Of a stretch of DNA of 38,267 bases, positions 31,657 to 38,267 are shown piece by piece (position 1 is the first letter of the stretch; each line of letters opens with the position of its first letter). Source of the DNA: Patescibacteria group bacterium (GTDB lineage Bacteria; Patescibacteriota; Microgenomatia; Levybacterales; UBA12049); contig DATFUR010000013.1 of assembly GCA_035260725.1 (NCBI GenBank), positions 1 to 38,267 of the forward strand, given 5' to 3'. The position numbers and the translations under genes were made by a program. Under the pieces are notes generated by a model. It was not told the origin of the DNA. It saw only the letters and a program-made list of their open reading frames with translations, and made no database searches.

Positions 31657-31983
31657 ATGAATATAACTTTTGAGGAATTTAAAAAAGTAGAAATAAGGAT
31701 AGGTAAGGTTACTAAGGTTGAGAAAGTGGAAAATGCGGACAAACTTTTAAAGCTCCAAGTTGATTTTGGGCCGGAAGTGGGAGAAAGGCAAATTGTTTCC
31801 GGTATTGCAGAGTACTACTCAATAGCAGATTTGGAGGGGAAGAAGTTGCCGTTTATTGTAAATTTGGAACCCCGCAAATTTAAAGGAGTCGAAAGTCAAG
31901 GGATGTTAATGGCAGTGGATGCAGAAAAACCCGTTCTCCTCACCCCAGTTGAAGATGTAGCGGAGGGTTCAGAGATCGTATGA
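31657..31983 (+). CDS. tRNA-binding OB-fold protein (CsaA/Trbp111/EMAP-II-like)
   Basis: FKKVEIRIGKVTKVEKVENADKLLKLQVDFG...RQIVSGIAEYY...LEPRKFKGVESQGMLMA. ATG 31657 is preferred. The track's TTG at 31615 lies inside a GC-rich intergenic repeat. Confidence 0.75.
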   Translation: MNITFEEFKKVEIRIGKVTKVEKVENADKLLKLQVDFGPEVGERQIVSGIAEYYSIADLEGKKLPFIVNLEPRKFKGVESQGMLMAVDAEKPVLLTPVEDVAEGSEIV

Positions 31984-32891
31984 AAGTAGGAATTGTTGGT
32001 TTGGGAAAAATGGGATCACGAATTGCTCAAAAACTCATCAAAGACAGTCATGATGTAATTGTTTGGAACCGCACGAGAGAAGACGTAGAAAACCTCAAAA
32101 AAGAAATCCCAAATTTAAAATCCGCAGAAACAATAAAAGAGTTAGTTGAATCTTTGGAAACTCCTAGAATAATTTGGATTATGGTTCCATCGATTGCGAT
32201 AGATGAAGTTATTTCCGAAGTTCAAAAGTATCTTCAAAAAGGAGATATTGTTATAGATGGCGGAAATTCAGATTACAAGGAAACCGAAAAAAGATTTCAG
32301 AATTTTAAGAATAAAGGAATAAGATTTTTGGGAATTGGCGTAAGCGGAGGAATCCTGGCCTTTAAAAATGGTTATCCTTTAATGGCGGGCGGAGATAAAA
32401 GCGCATACGATTTAATCAAGCCAATTTTAGATTCACTGGCAAAACCAAATGGCGGTTACGAGTATTTTGGGGAGGGCGGCGCGGGACATTTTGTAAAAAT
32501 GGTTCACAACGGAATCGAATACGGGATGATGCAGGGGTTGGGCGAAGGCTTCGGTGTTTTGGAAAAAGCGCCATATAAATTTGATCTTCTAAAAGTTGCA
32601 AAAATCTGGCAAAAAGGGACAGTAATATCGGGATTTTTAATGGATCGCACAAAAGAAGTTTTCGAGAGCGATATAAAAAACGTTGTCGGAATAATAGATG
32701 CAACAGGAGAGGCAGAGTGGACAGTTGAGGCAGCCAAAGAAGAAGGCGTGCCTATTGAGGTTATCGAAAAATCATTGGAATTTAGAAAAAGATCAAAAAT
32801 AGATTCGAAAATCCAGAATTCGTTTGCAGCAAAAGTAATCGCAGGCCTTAGACATTCGTTTGGAGGGCACTCTGTTGTTCGGAAGGAATAA
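31980..32891 (+). CDS. gnd: 6-phosphogluconate dehydrogenase, short (YqeC/Gnd-like) form
   Basis: MKVGIVGLGKMGSRIAQKL Rossmann motif and GAGHFVKMVHNGIEYGMMQ. ATGA overlap with the upstream gene. Confidence 0.8.
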   Translation: MKVGIVGLGKMGSRIAQKLIKDSHDVIVWNRTREDVENLKKEIPNLKSAETIKELVESLETPRIIWIMVPSIAIDEVISEVQKYLQKGDIVIDGGNSDYKETEKRFQNFKNKGIRFLGIGVSGGILAFKNGYPLMAGGDKSAYDLIKPILDSLAKPNGGYEYFGEGGAGHFVKMVHNGIEYGMMQGLGEGFGVLEKAPYKFDLLKVAKIWQKGTVISGFLMDRTKEVFESDIKNVVGIIDATGEAEWTVEAAKEEGVPIEVIEKSLEFRKRSKIDSKIQNSFAAKVIAGLRHSFGGHSVVRKE

Positions 32892-33195
32892 TTCTTATTA
32901 TCGCTCTTATTGCTTTCTGTGTTAGATCGGAAAGAGCATTCACAATCGTATTCGGATTTTCTCCGCAATAAAATAAATCTCTTACTTTTTCGAAATTTTC
33001 AGGTGTTACTGTGACTGGATCCGATCCAGAATAAAATAGTGCTATCTCAAGGGGGACTCCTGATTGTAAATGTCCTCTATAGAGAGTTTGCAGATCTTCA
33101 AAAGGTGCGTGACCTTCAACAACCACTCCTGTAAATTTACCTTCTTCATCCGAAACCGGACTAATTTTCCCATTAATTATCAATCTTTCTCTCAT
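32848..33195 (-). CDS. hypothetical protein (115 aa)
   Basis: ATG start preceded by TTGAAA-N17-TATAAT-N9. The 3' end overlaps convergent gnd by 44 nt. No family recognised. Confidence 0.5.
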   Translation of the reverse strand: MRERLIINGKISPVSDEEGKFTGVVVEGHAPFEDLQTLYRGHLQSGVPLEIALFYSGSDPVTVTPENFEKVRDLFYCGENPNTIVNALSDLTQKAIRAIIRIIPSEQQSALQTNV

Positions 33196-33204
33196 AAGTT
33201 TGAG

Positions 33205-33233
33205 ATTATATCTAAGTGTTCACAATATTTCAA
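33205..33233 (-). promoter_or_regulatory. sigma70 consensus-like promoter for the 115-aa gene
   Basis: Minus strand: TTGAAA(33233-33228)-N17-TATAAT(33210-33205)-N9-ATG(33195). Confidence 0.55.
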
Positions 33234-33236
33234 GTG

Positions 33237-33245
33237 TGATATACT
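33237..33245 (+). promoter_or_regulatory. extended -10 promoter for proS, leaderless configuration
   Basis: TG(33237-33238)-a-TATACT(33240-33245)-N6-ATG(33252). Confidence 0.45.
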
Positions 33246-33251
33246 TTTTTC

Positions 33252-34469
33252 ATGAAGTATTCCAAGCTGTTTGGAAAAACCCGCCGGGAAGCGCCAAAAG
33301 ACGAAGTCTCCATAAACGCAAAATTACTCCTTCGAGCCGGATTTATAGACAAATTAATGGCGGGTTCTTTTACTCTTTTGCCCTTAGGTCTTAGAGTTGT
33401 TAAAAAAATCGAAGCAATTATCCGTGAAGAAATCGATAAAACAGGAGCAAACGAGGTTCTCATGCCGCTTTTGCATCCCAAATCTATTTGGAACGAAACC
33501 GGAAGATGGGATAGCGCAAAAGAAGTTATGTATCAGCTAAAAAAAGACGACAAAGAGTACGGGCTTTCTTTTACCCACGAGGAAATTGTTTTGGATTTGG
33601 TCCGCAGGCATAGCGGAAGTTTTCGCGATTACCCTATAAAAATCTACCATTTCTCAACGAAGTTTAGAGACGAACCAAGGGCAAAATCCGGAATTCTAAG
33701 AGGCCGGGAGTTTATTATGAAAGACCTTTACAGTTTGCACGAGACTAAAGAGGATTTAGAGAAATATTACGAAGAAATAAAACAAGTTTACCTGAAAATT
33801 TTTGAAAGATTCGGGTTAAGAGCGATTGTTACTGAAGCAGGCGGAGGAGTTTTTACCCAAAATACGACTCACGAATTCCAAGTACTGTCGGAGACCGGCG
33901 AAGACGAGATTATTTATTGCGAGGGCGGAGATTTTTCGCAAAATACGGAAATTGCAAAAGTAGAAGAAGGAAAAGAGTGCGATTTGGGTCACGGACCTTT
34001 AAAAAAAGCTAAGGCAATCGAGGTAGGTAATATTTTCCCTTATGGTCAGGATTACAGCAAAAAGATGAATGTTACTTTTACAAATAAAAAGGGAGAAAAA
34101 ACCTATCCATATTTTGGAAGTTACGGAATTGGCCTCACAAGGCTACTTGGAGTAATCGCCGAAGTACAAAGCGACGAAAAAGGCCTTGTCTGGCCAAATT
34201 CCATTGCACCTTTCCAGGTTTATTTAGTGGGATTAAATTCAAAAGCGGAAAAAGTTTACGAAGAGCTTCAAGAGGCTGGAGTTGAAGTTCTTTTTGACGA
34301 CCGGGAAGTTTCGGCTGGAGAAAAGTTCAAAGACGCAGATTTAATCGGAATTCCTGTTAGATTGGTTGTTTCGGATAAGACAGGAGACAAAGTCGAGTTT
34401 AAACACAGAAAAAGTGAAGAAACAGAGTTGCTTAGCTTAGACGAAGTTTTGAAGAAGATTAAAAAATAG
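33252..34469 (+). CDS. proS: prolyl-tRNA synthetase, bacterial-type N-terminus but short (405 aa, no INS editing domain)
   Basis: MKYSKLFGKTRREAPKDEVSINAKLLLRAGFIDKLMAGSFTLLPLGLRV, class II motif 2 FRDEPRAKSGILRGREFIMKDLYS, and a C-terminal anticodon-binding-like FQVYLVGL...GEKFKDADLIGIPVRLVV. Confidence 0.85.
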   Translation: MKYSKLFGKTRREAPKDEVSINAKLLLRAGFIDKLMAGSFTLLPLGLRVVKKIEAIIREEIDKTGANEVLMPLLHPKSIWNETGRWDSAKEVMYQLKKDDKEYGLSFTHEEIVLDLVRRHSGSFRDYPIKIYHFSTKFRDEPRAKSGILRGREFIMKDLYSLHETKEDLEKYYEEIKQVYLKIFERFGLRAIVTEAGGGVFTQNTTHEFQVLSETGEDEIIYCEGGDFSQNTEIAKVEEGKECDLGHGPLKKAKAIEVGNIFPYGQDYSKKMNVTFTNKKGEKTYPYFGSYGIGLTRLLGVIAEVQSDEKGLVWPNSIAPFQVYLVGLNSKAEKVYEELQEAGVEVLFDDREVSAGEKFKDADLIGIPVRLVVSDKTGDKVEFKHRKSEETELLSLDEVLKKIKK

Positions 34470-34809
34470 CGAAGACCTTGAGCCAAACCACTGTATAAAC
34501 CACAAAAAATGCTAAGCCCACGACTATAAGAACAACAGGCGATAATTTCTTGCCATTTGAATTTTTCACTACAACTGTTTTGCCTGTGGGAGCAGCTGGA
34601 GTGGCAACAAAAACTTGGGCGGGGGGCGCAGCCGGGTGTTCGGCAGTTTGCGTCTGGGGCTGAACCGGAGCGGGAGATTGAACGGATGCGGACGGTTGTG
34701 GAATAGAAGCTGTTGCAGGCGAACTCGCTGCGTTTGGCATTTGTGTTCCCATTACGCGGTCATATGTCTCCTTAAGTTTTGGATCGAGTGTTTGCTGATT
34801 TGGGTTCAT
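34459..34809 (-). CDS. hypothetical tail-anchored membrane protein (Pro/Ala/Gln-rich)
   Basis: C-terminal helix LSPVVLIVVGLAFFVVYTVVWLKVFAIF. ATG 34809 (MNPNQQ...) is preferred over the track start at 34920, because TTGACA-N17-GAGTAT-N6 sits immediately upstream of it. Confidence 0.6.
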   Translation of the reverse strand: MNPNQQTLDPKLKETYDRVMGTQMPNAASSPATASIPQPSASVQSPAPVQPQTQTAEHPAAPPAQVFVATPAAPTGKTVVVKNSNGKKLSPVVLIVVGLAFFVVYTVVWLKVFAIF

Positions 34810-34815
34810 AAATCC

Positions 34816-34844
34816 ATACTCTAATAATAAAAACTTTTTGTCAA
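34816..34844 (-). promoter_or_regulatory. candidate promoter, leaderless configuration
   Basis: Minus strand: TTGACA(34844-34839)-N17-GAGTAT(34821-34816)-N6-ATG(34809). Confidence 0.4.
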
Positions 34845-34848
34845 GAGG

Positions 34849-34991
34849 GTTGCGCTGAGGTCGCTTCGTCAGTTCGGTGTTCACCAACTTATATTTAAAA
34901 CAAATCTCTTCGGGATGCACGAATAACTCTTCTTAAGTATTTGTAATTGGTATTATTCGTTCACATCTCACGCCAAAGCTTCCCGCGCAAC
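34849..34991. repeat. expanded 143-nt copy of the same element with nested inverted repeats
   Basis: GTTGCGCTGAGGTCGCTTCG...GCTTCCCGCGCAAC, with terminal inverted repeat GTTGCGC/GCGCAAC. An inner 8-bp inverted repeat pairs ACGAATAA(34919-34926) with TTATTCGT(34953-34960). It lies between divergent promoters. Confidence 0.55.
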
Positions 34992-35014
34992 TTTTAATTT
35001 TGAATTGAATTATA

Positions 35015-35023
35015 TGGTATACT
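35015..35023 (+). promoter_or_regulatory. extended -10 promoter for the DHH/HIT operon
   Basis: TG(35015-35016)-g-TATACT(35018-35023)-N13-ATG(35037). Confidence 0.4.
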
Positions 35024-35036
35024 TAAGGATCAATTT

Positions 35037-35921
35037 ATGAAAATAATAGTTACGCACGACAGCCCGGACATGGACGCTGTGACCTCGGTTTGGCTTATAA
35101 AAAGATTCTTGCCCAACTGGGAAAACGCCAAAGTCGAGTACGTTCCCGCGGGAGAGAGGTTAAATGGATCTAAAAATCCTCCTCTGGCGGCAATTGAAAA
35201 AATCAAAGACGACGAGATTATTCACGTTGACACGGGACTGGGTCCTTTGGATCACCATGAAACCTCGGACGATAAGGTTTGCGCTGCAAGTAGAACCTGG
35301 GACTTTGTAAAAGTTCAAAATTCAGGATTTGCAGATTTGTCCGACAAAGTTACCAAAAAAATAGAAGCACTCGATAGAATAGTCAGAGTTGTTGTAGACA
35401 TAGACCATTTTAAAGAGGCCTTATGGCCTAATCCCAGCGCTGATTATTTTGAATTCTTTCTAGAAAATATATTGGAAGGGCTGAAAGTTCAAAAACCCAA
35501 TCAGAACGAGCTTTACACAAAATTTATTATGGATTGCCTCGACGCTTTGCTTTATAACTTCGAAAATAGGGTTTGGGCAGAAGAGGAAATAAAAAAAGCC
35601 GAGAGATTTAAAACTTCAAAAGGAGAAGGACTAGGCTTTGAAATCATAAATGATTCAGCGGTTAAGCTTGCACAAAGAATGGGGTATGTTTTGGTAATTC
35701 GAAGGGATCCGAGAAAGGGGTACGTTCGGATAAAAGCGCGACCCGATAGCGGAATAGATTTGACCCCTGTCTATGAGCAGCTTAAAAAAATGGATCCGGA
35801 TGCAACCTGGTTTTTGCATGTTTCGAAAAAGATGCTTCTAAATGGATCTGCAAAAAACCCAAAAATGAGGCCGACAAAGCTTAAGCTTAGTGATATAATA
35901 AACGTATTAAAAAGTCTATGA
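35037..35921 (+). CDS. DHH-family phosphoesterase-like protein
   Basis: VTHDSPDMDAVTS (DHH motifs I/II style) and HVDTGLGPLDHHE (DHH motif III). Substrate unknown. Confidence 0.55.
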   Translation: MKIIVTHDSPDMDAVTSVWLIKRFLPNWENAKVEYVPAGERLNGSKNPPLAAIEKIKDDEIIHVDTGLGPLDHHETSDDKVCAASRTWDFVKVQNSGFADLSDKVTKKIEALDRIVRVVVDIDHFKEALWPNPSADYFEFFLENILEGLKVQKPNQNELYTKFIMDCLDALLYNFENRVWAEEEIKKAERFKTSKGEGLGFEIINDSAVKLAQRMGYVLVIRRDPRKGYVRIKARPDSGIDLTPVYEQLKKMDPDATWFLHVSKKMLLNGSAKNPKMRPTKLKLSDIINVLKSL

Positions 35922-36247
35922 ACGATTGTATTTTTTGCAAAATAAGGGATGGGGAAATTGGGAAAGAATTTATTTATCAAGACGAAGACGTAATGGTTTT
36001 TCCGGACATAAATCCCCTAAAACCGACTCATCTTTTAACGGTGCCCAAGAAGCATATTCCGGATTTTTCCAGCCTTGAAGACAATAATTTAAAAGTGAAG
36101 ATTTTAGACACTATTCAAAAAATGGTAAAGGAACAAGGTCTTGAGGACAAAGGTTACCGCGTAGTCGTAAACGGCGGAGGAGCCCAGCACGTTGATCATT
36201 TACACTTCCATCTGCTTGGGCCAATGGGTCTTAAGGTTGGATGGTAA
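35918..36247 (+). CDS. HIT (histidine triad) family nucleotide hydrolase
   Basis: CIFCKI...PTHLLTVPKKHI and the histidine triad HVDHLHFHLLG. ATGA overlap with the upstream gene. Confidence 0.85.
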   Translation: MNDCIFCKIRDGEIGKEFIYQDEDVMVFPDINPLKPTHLLTVPKKHIPDFSSLEDNNLKVKILDTIQKMVKEQGLEDKGYRVVVNGGGAQHVDHLHFHLLGPMGLKVGW

Positions 36248-36260
36248 AGGGGGTGTTTTT

Positions 36261-36452
36261 ATGGTAATTGTTAAAAAAATGCCGGGAGACAGTGACGAAG
36301 CATTAATCCGAAAATTTTCAAGGAAAGTAATGTCCGAGGGAATTTTGCAGGAAGCAAAAAGGAGAGAATTTCATCTAAAGCCCTCTGCTGCTAGAAAGCA
36401 AAAAGCGGAAGACCAAAGAAGAATGAAGAAGTTTTCGCATGGACAAAGTTAA
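36261..36452 (+). CDS. rpsU: 30S ribosomal protein S21
   Basis: MVIVKKMPGDSDEALIRKFSRKVMSEGILQEAKRREFHLKPSAARKQKAEDQRRMKKF fits the S21 pattern. AAGGGGG Shine-Dalgarno at 36247-36253. The track's upstream extension is rejected. Confidence 0.85.
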   Translation: MVIVKKMPGDSDEALIRKFSRKVMSEGILQEAKRREFHLKPSAARKQKAEDQRRMKKFSHGQS

Positions 36453-36855
36453 TGTTTTGATTTTTGTTGAGAGTAGGTACAGAATTAACCGGAAAAGGAT
36501 TAAATCTGTTGTGGAAAAAGTAATCGTTCAAAACGAAATAACAAGCCCTACCGAAGTCTCGGTAGCTGTTGTTGGGGATAGAAAAATGAAAGAACTTTCC
36601 AGAAAATATAAAGGCGAGGACAAAACCCACAACGTGCTTTCCTTTTCCCAGACAGACGGAACGGAGGCCAAGTCGAGTTCGCCTGCAATTAACTTTCCTA
36701 GATCCGCTGAGGTTTTGCAACTGGGGGACATTGTAATTTCTTTCCCCGAAGTTATAAGAGAGGCCTCCGCAGAAGAGGTATTAGTTGACGATAAGGTGGA
36801 CGAGTTGGTAGAACACGGTTTGCAGCATCTTTTGGGAATACATCACGAGGAATAA
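36439..36855 (+). CDS. ybeY: rRNA maturation endoribonuclease YbeY
   Basis: Zinc-binding H-G-x-x-H-L-x-G-x-x-H motif in EHGLQHLLGIHHEE. Overlaps rpsU by 14 nt. Confidence 0.8.
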   Translation: MDKVNVLIFVESRYRINRKRIKSVVEKVIVQNEITSPTEVSVAVVGDRKMKELSRKYKGEDKTHNVLSFSQTDGTEAKSSSPAINFPRSAEVLQLGDIVISFPEVIREASAEEVLVDDKVDELVEHGLQHLLGIHHEE

Positions 36856-36863
36856 GGCAGGTT

Positions 36864-38267
36864 ATGGTTTTTTATTTAAAATACAGGCCTCAAATCATTT
36901 CGGACTTGGACAGTACAAATGTCCGCGATACTCTAAAAGCAGTTTTGGCGGATGTAAAGACCAAGAAGAAAAGTTTGCCCTTTCATGCATTTCTTTTTAC
37001 CGGCCCCAAGGGCCTGGGCAAAACCTCAACAGCCCGAATTGTGGCCAAATTCTTAAATTGCGAGAAAAGAAAACCAGGAGATTTGGAGCCTTGCAATAAA
37101 TGTTATCAATGCACCTCTATTACGGCGGGCAACAATATGGATGTGGTAGAAATTGACGCTGCCTCCAACCGCGGAATCGACGAAATAAGAGAGTTAAAAG
37201 AAAGAATAAATTTATCTACAGTAGCGGCTTCCTACAAGGTTTACATAATAGACGAAGTCCACATGCTTACAACGGAGGCATTTAACGCACTTCTTAAGAC
37301 TTTGGAAGAACCCCCAAGCCATGTTGTTTTTGTTTTGTGCACAACCGAGCCGCAAAAGGTCCCGGCAACAATTGTATCCAGATGTTTGCACATTCCTTTT
37401 AGAGTTGCTACGAACGAAGAGCTAAAAAGATCGTTCAAGAGAATAATTAAAGGAGAAAATTTAAGTATAGAAGACGACGCTTTAAATATTATTGCCGACC
37501 TTTCGGATGGAAGTTTCAGAGATGGATCAAAAATTTTGCAGGAATTGTCGGTAAAGGCAAAAGGAAGAAAAATAATACCTGTTTTTGTCCAGGAAAACTT
37601 TAAAACCACAAGTGTTAGCGGCAAGGTCTCCCAACTTATTGAACTATTGGAAGAAAAAGATACAAAAAAGGCCTTGGAATTGGTTGGAAAAGTTGTAGAA
37701 GAGGGGATAGACGCCAAATATTTTGTGGAAGAGTTGATTTCGAGTCTCCACTTAACCTTATTGGCAAAAATTACAGAAAAAGACGATTCAAAATTTACAC
37801 TTGAAGAAGTCAAAAAACTTTTGGAGCTTTTAATCTCCGCCTCAAGCCAATTAAAATACTCTGTCTTGCCCCAATTGCCGCTTGAGTTGGCAATTGTGGA
37901 ATTTTGTTCGGTCGATCGGGGTCCTGTTCAAAGCGCCGTCTCCACGCCTGTCAAGCAGGCGAGCTCAGCTTCTTCGGAAGCTTCCGCTCCTTCCACCTCA
38001 CCCCTTGTTGCCAAAGCCGCCCGCGCCTCAAATTCAAGCGGGGATTTTTTAAATGATTTGATTCTAAAAATAAATCTTCAAAACCGTTCGGTTGCGGGAC
38101 TCTTGCGGGGAGTAAGTCTTAAAAGTACCAACGGGAAAAAAGTATCAATAGAAACAAAATTTAAATTTCACAAAGAAAAATTGGAAGAGCGAAAGACAAA
38201 AGAATTAATAGAAAAAATAGCCTCGGAAATTCTCAAGAAAAATGTTACAATAGATATCCTATTGAAC
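36864..38267 (+). CDS. dnaX: DNA polymerase III subunit gamma/tau, 3' end outside window
   Basis: Not in the ORF track because there is no stop in the window. The frame stays open for 468 codons from ATG 36864: MVFYLKYRPQIISDL...FTGPKGLGKTSTARI...CNKCYQC...VYIIDEVHMLT...SRC. Confidence 0.9.
   Translation, partial: MVFYLKYRPQIISDLDSTNVRDTLKAVLADVKTKKKSLPFHAFLFTGPKGLGKTSTARIVAKFLNCEKRKPGDLEPCNKCYQCTSITAGNNMDVVEIDAASNRGIDEIRELKERINLSTVAASYKVYIIDEVHMLTTEAFNALLKTLEEPPSHVVFVLCTTEPQKVPATIVSRCLHIPFRVATNEELKRSFKRIIKGENLSIEDDALNIIADLSDGSFRDGSKILQELSVKAKGRKIIPVFVQENFKTTSVSGKVSQLIELLEEKDTKKALELVGKVVEEGIDAKYFVEELISSLHLTLLAKITEKDDSKFTLEEVKKLLELLISASSQLKYSVLPQLPLELAIVEFCSVDRGPVQSAVSTPVKQASSASSEASAPSTSPLVAKAARASNSSGDFLNDLILKINLQNRSVAGLLRGVSLKSTNGKKVSIETKFKFHKEKLEERKTKELIEKIASEILKKNVTIDILLN

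Noticed and set aside
34810-34920. N-terminal extension of the 153-aa minus-strand ORF (MHPEEICFKYKLVNTELTKRPQRNPLDKK...).
   Set aside because: A TTGACA-N17-GAGTAT-N6 promoter lies inside the extension, immediately before ATG 34809. The extension also overlaps the GC-rich inverted-repeat element. The shorter 116-aa product is more plausible.
34810-35036. Largest non-coding gap examined for a tRNA or a known riboswitch.
   Set aside because: There is no T-loop (GGTTCGANTCC-like) or cloverleaf arrangement, and no motif I recognise from common riboswitch classes. It is reported instead as a repeat / inverted-repeat element.
37241-37813. 190-aa minus-strand ORF, the only ORF the track lists after 36855.
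   Set aside because: It is antisense to an uninterrupted 468-codon plus-strand frame with clear DnaX motifs (GPKGLGKT, CNKCYQC, IIDEVHMLT, SRC). The dnaX frame is missing from the track only because its stop lies outside the window.

Overview
A 38,267-nt window from a compact, gene-dense bacterial genome with about 43 protein genes. I found no rRNA, tRNA, CRISPR array, transposase or integrase. Intergenic gaps are very short, seven gene pairs share 4-nt ATGA start/stop overlaps, and several convergent genes overlap. Together with a giant fibre-like surface protein, trimmed translation proteins and many Cys-rich, Pro/Thr-linker secreted proteins, this suggests an uncultivated small-genome lineage, possibly CPR/Patescibacteria (inference only).

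Layout:
- 1-7260: 3' part of a giant (at least 2419 aa) fibre/adhesin-like protein. It has a LamG-like block, an internal phage-tail-fibre-type S74 self-cleaving chaperone motif, a PT linker and an SH3b-like tail.
- 7302-8145: two tandem paralogous membrane-anchored proteins.
- 8146-10825 (-): LicC-like cytidylyltransferase, CDP-alcohol phosphatidyltransferase and PhnW-like class V aminotransferase.
- 10940-16953: dTMP/folate-cycle cluster (dcd, tmk, second Dcd-family gene, thyA, Nudix, folA, small ORF, opposite-strand NMP-kinase-like gene, glyA).
- 17544-25901: island of signal- or TM-anchored, Cys-rich, PT-linker proteins. It includes a Tyr/Gln-rich protein, a Cys-less cupredoxin-like protein, a Cys-pair repeat protein and an adjacent cohesin-like / dockerin-like gene pair.
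- 25988-38267: housekeeping block (four-helix-bundle protein, rpsB, tsf, frr, rseP, pgl, zwf, tRNA-binding protein, gnd, proS, DHH, HIT, rpsU, ybeY, 3'-truncated dnaX).

Most notable non-coding signals:
- A recurrent sigma70-like -35/N17/-10 promoter placed 6-10 nt from the start codon, implying leaderless mRNAs.
- A pseudoknot-capable leader upstream of rpsB.
- A GC-rich 13-mer and inverted-repeat family at gene junctions between 27.8 and 35 kb.

All functional calls come from motif recognition by eye. No database search was run.
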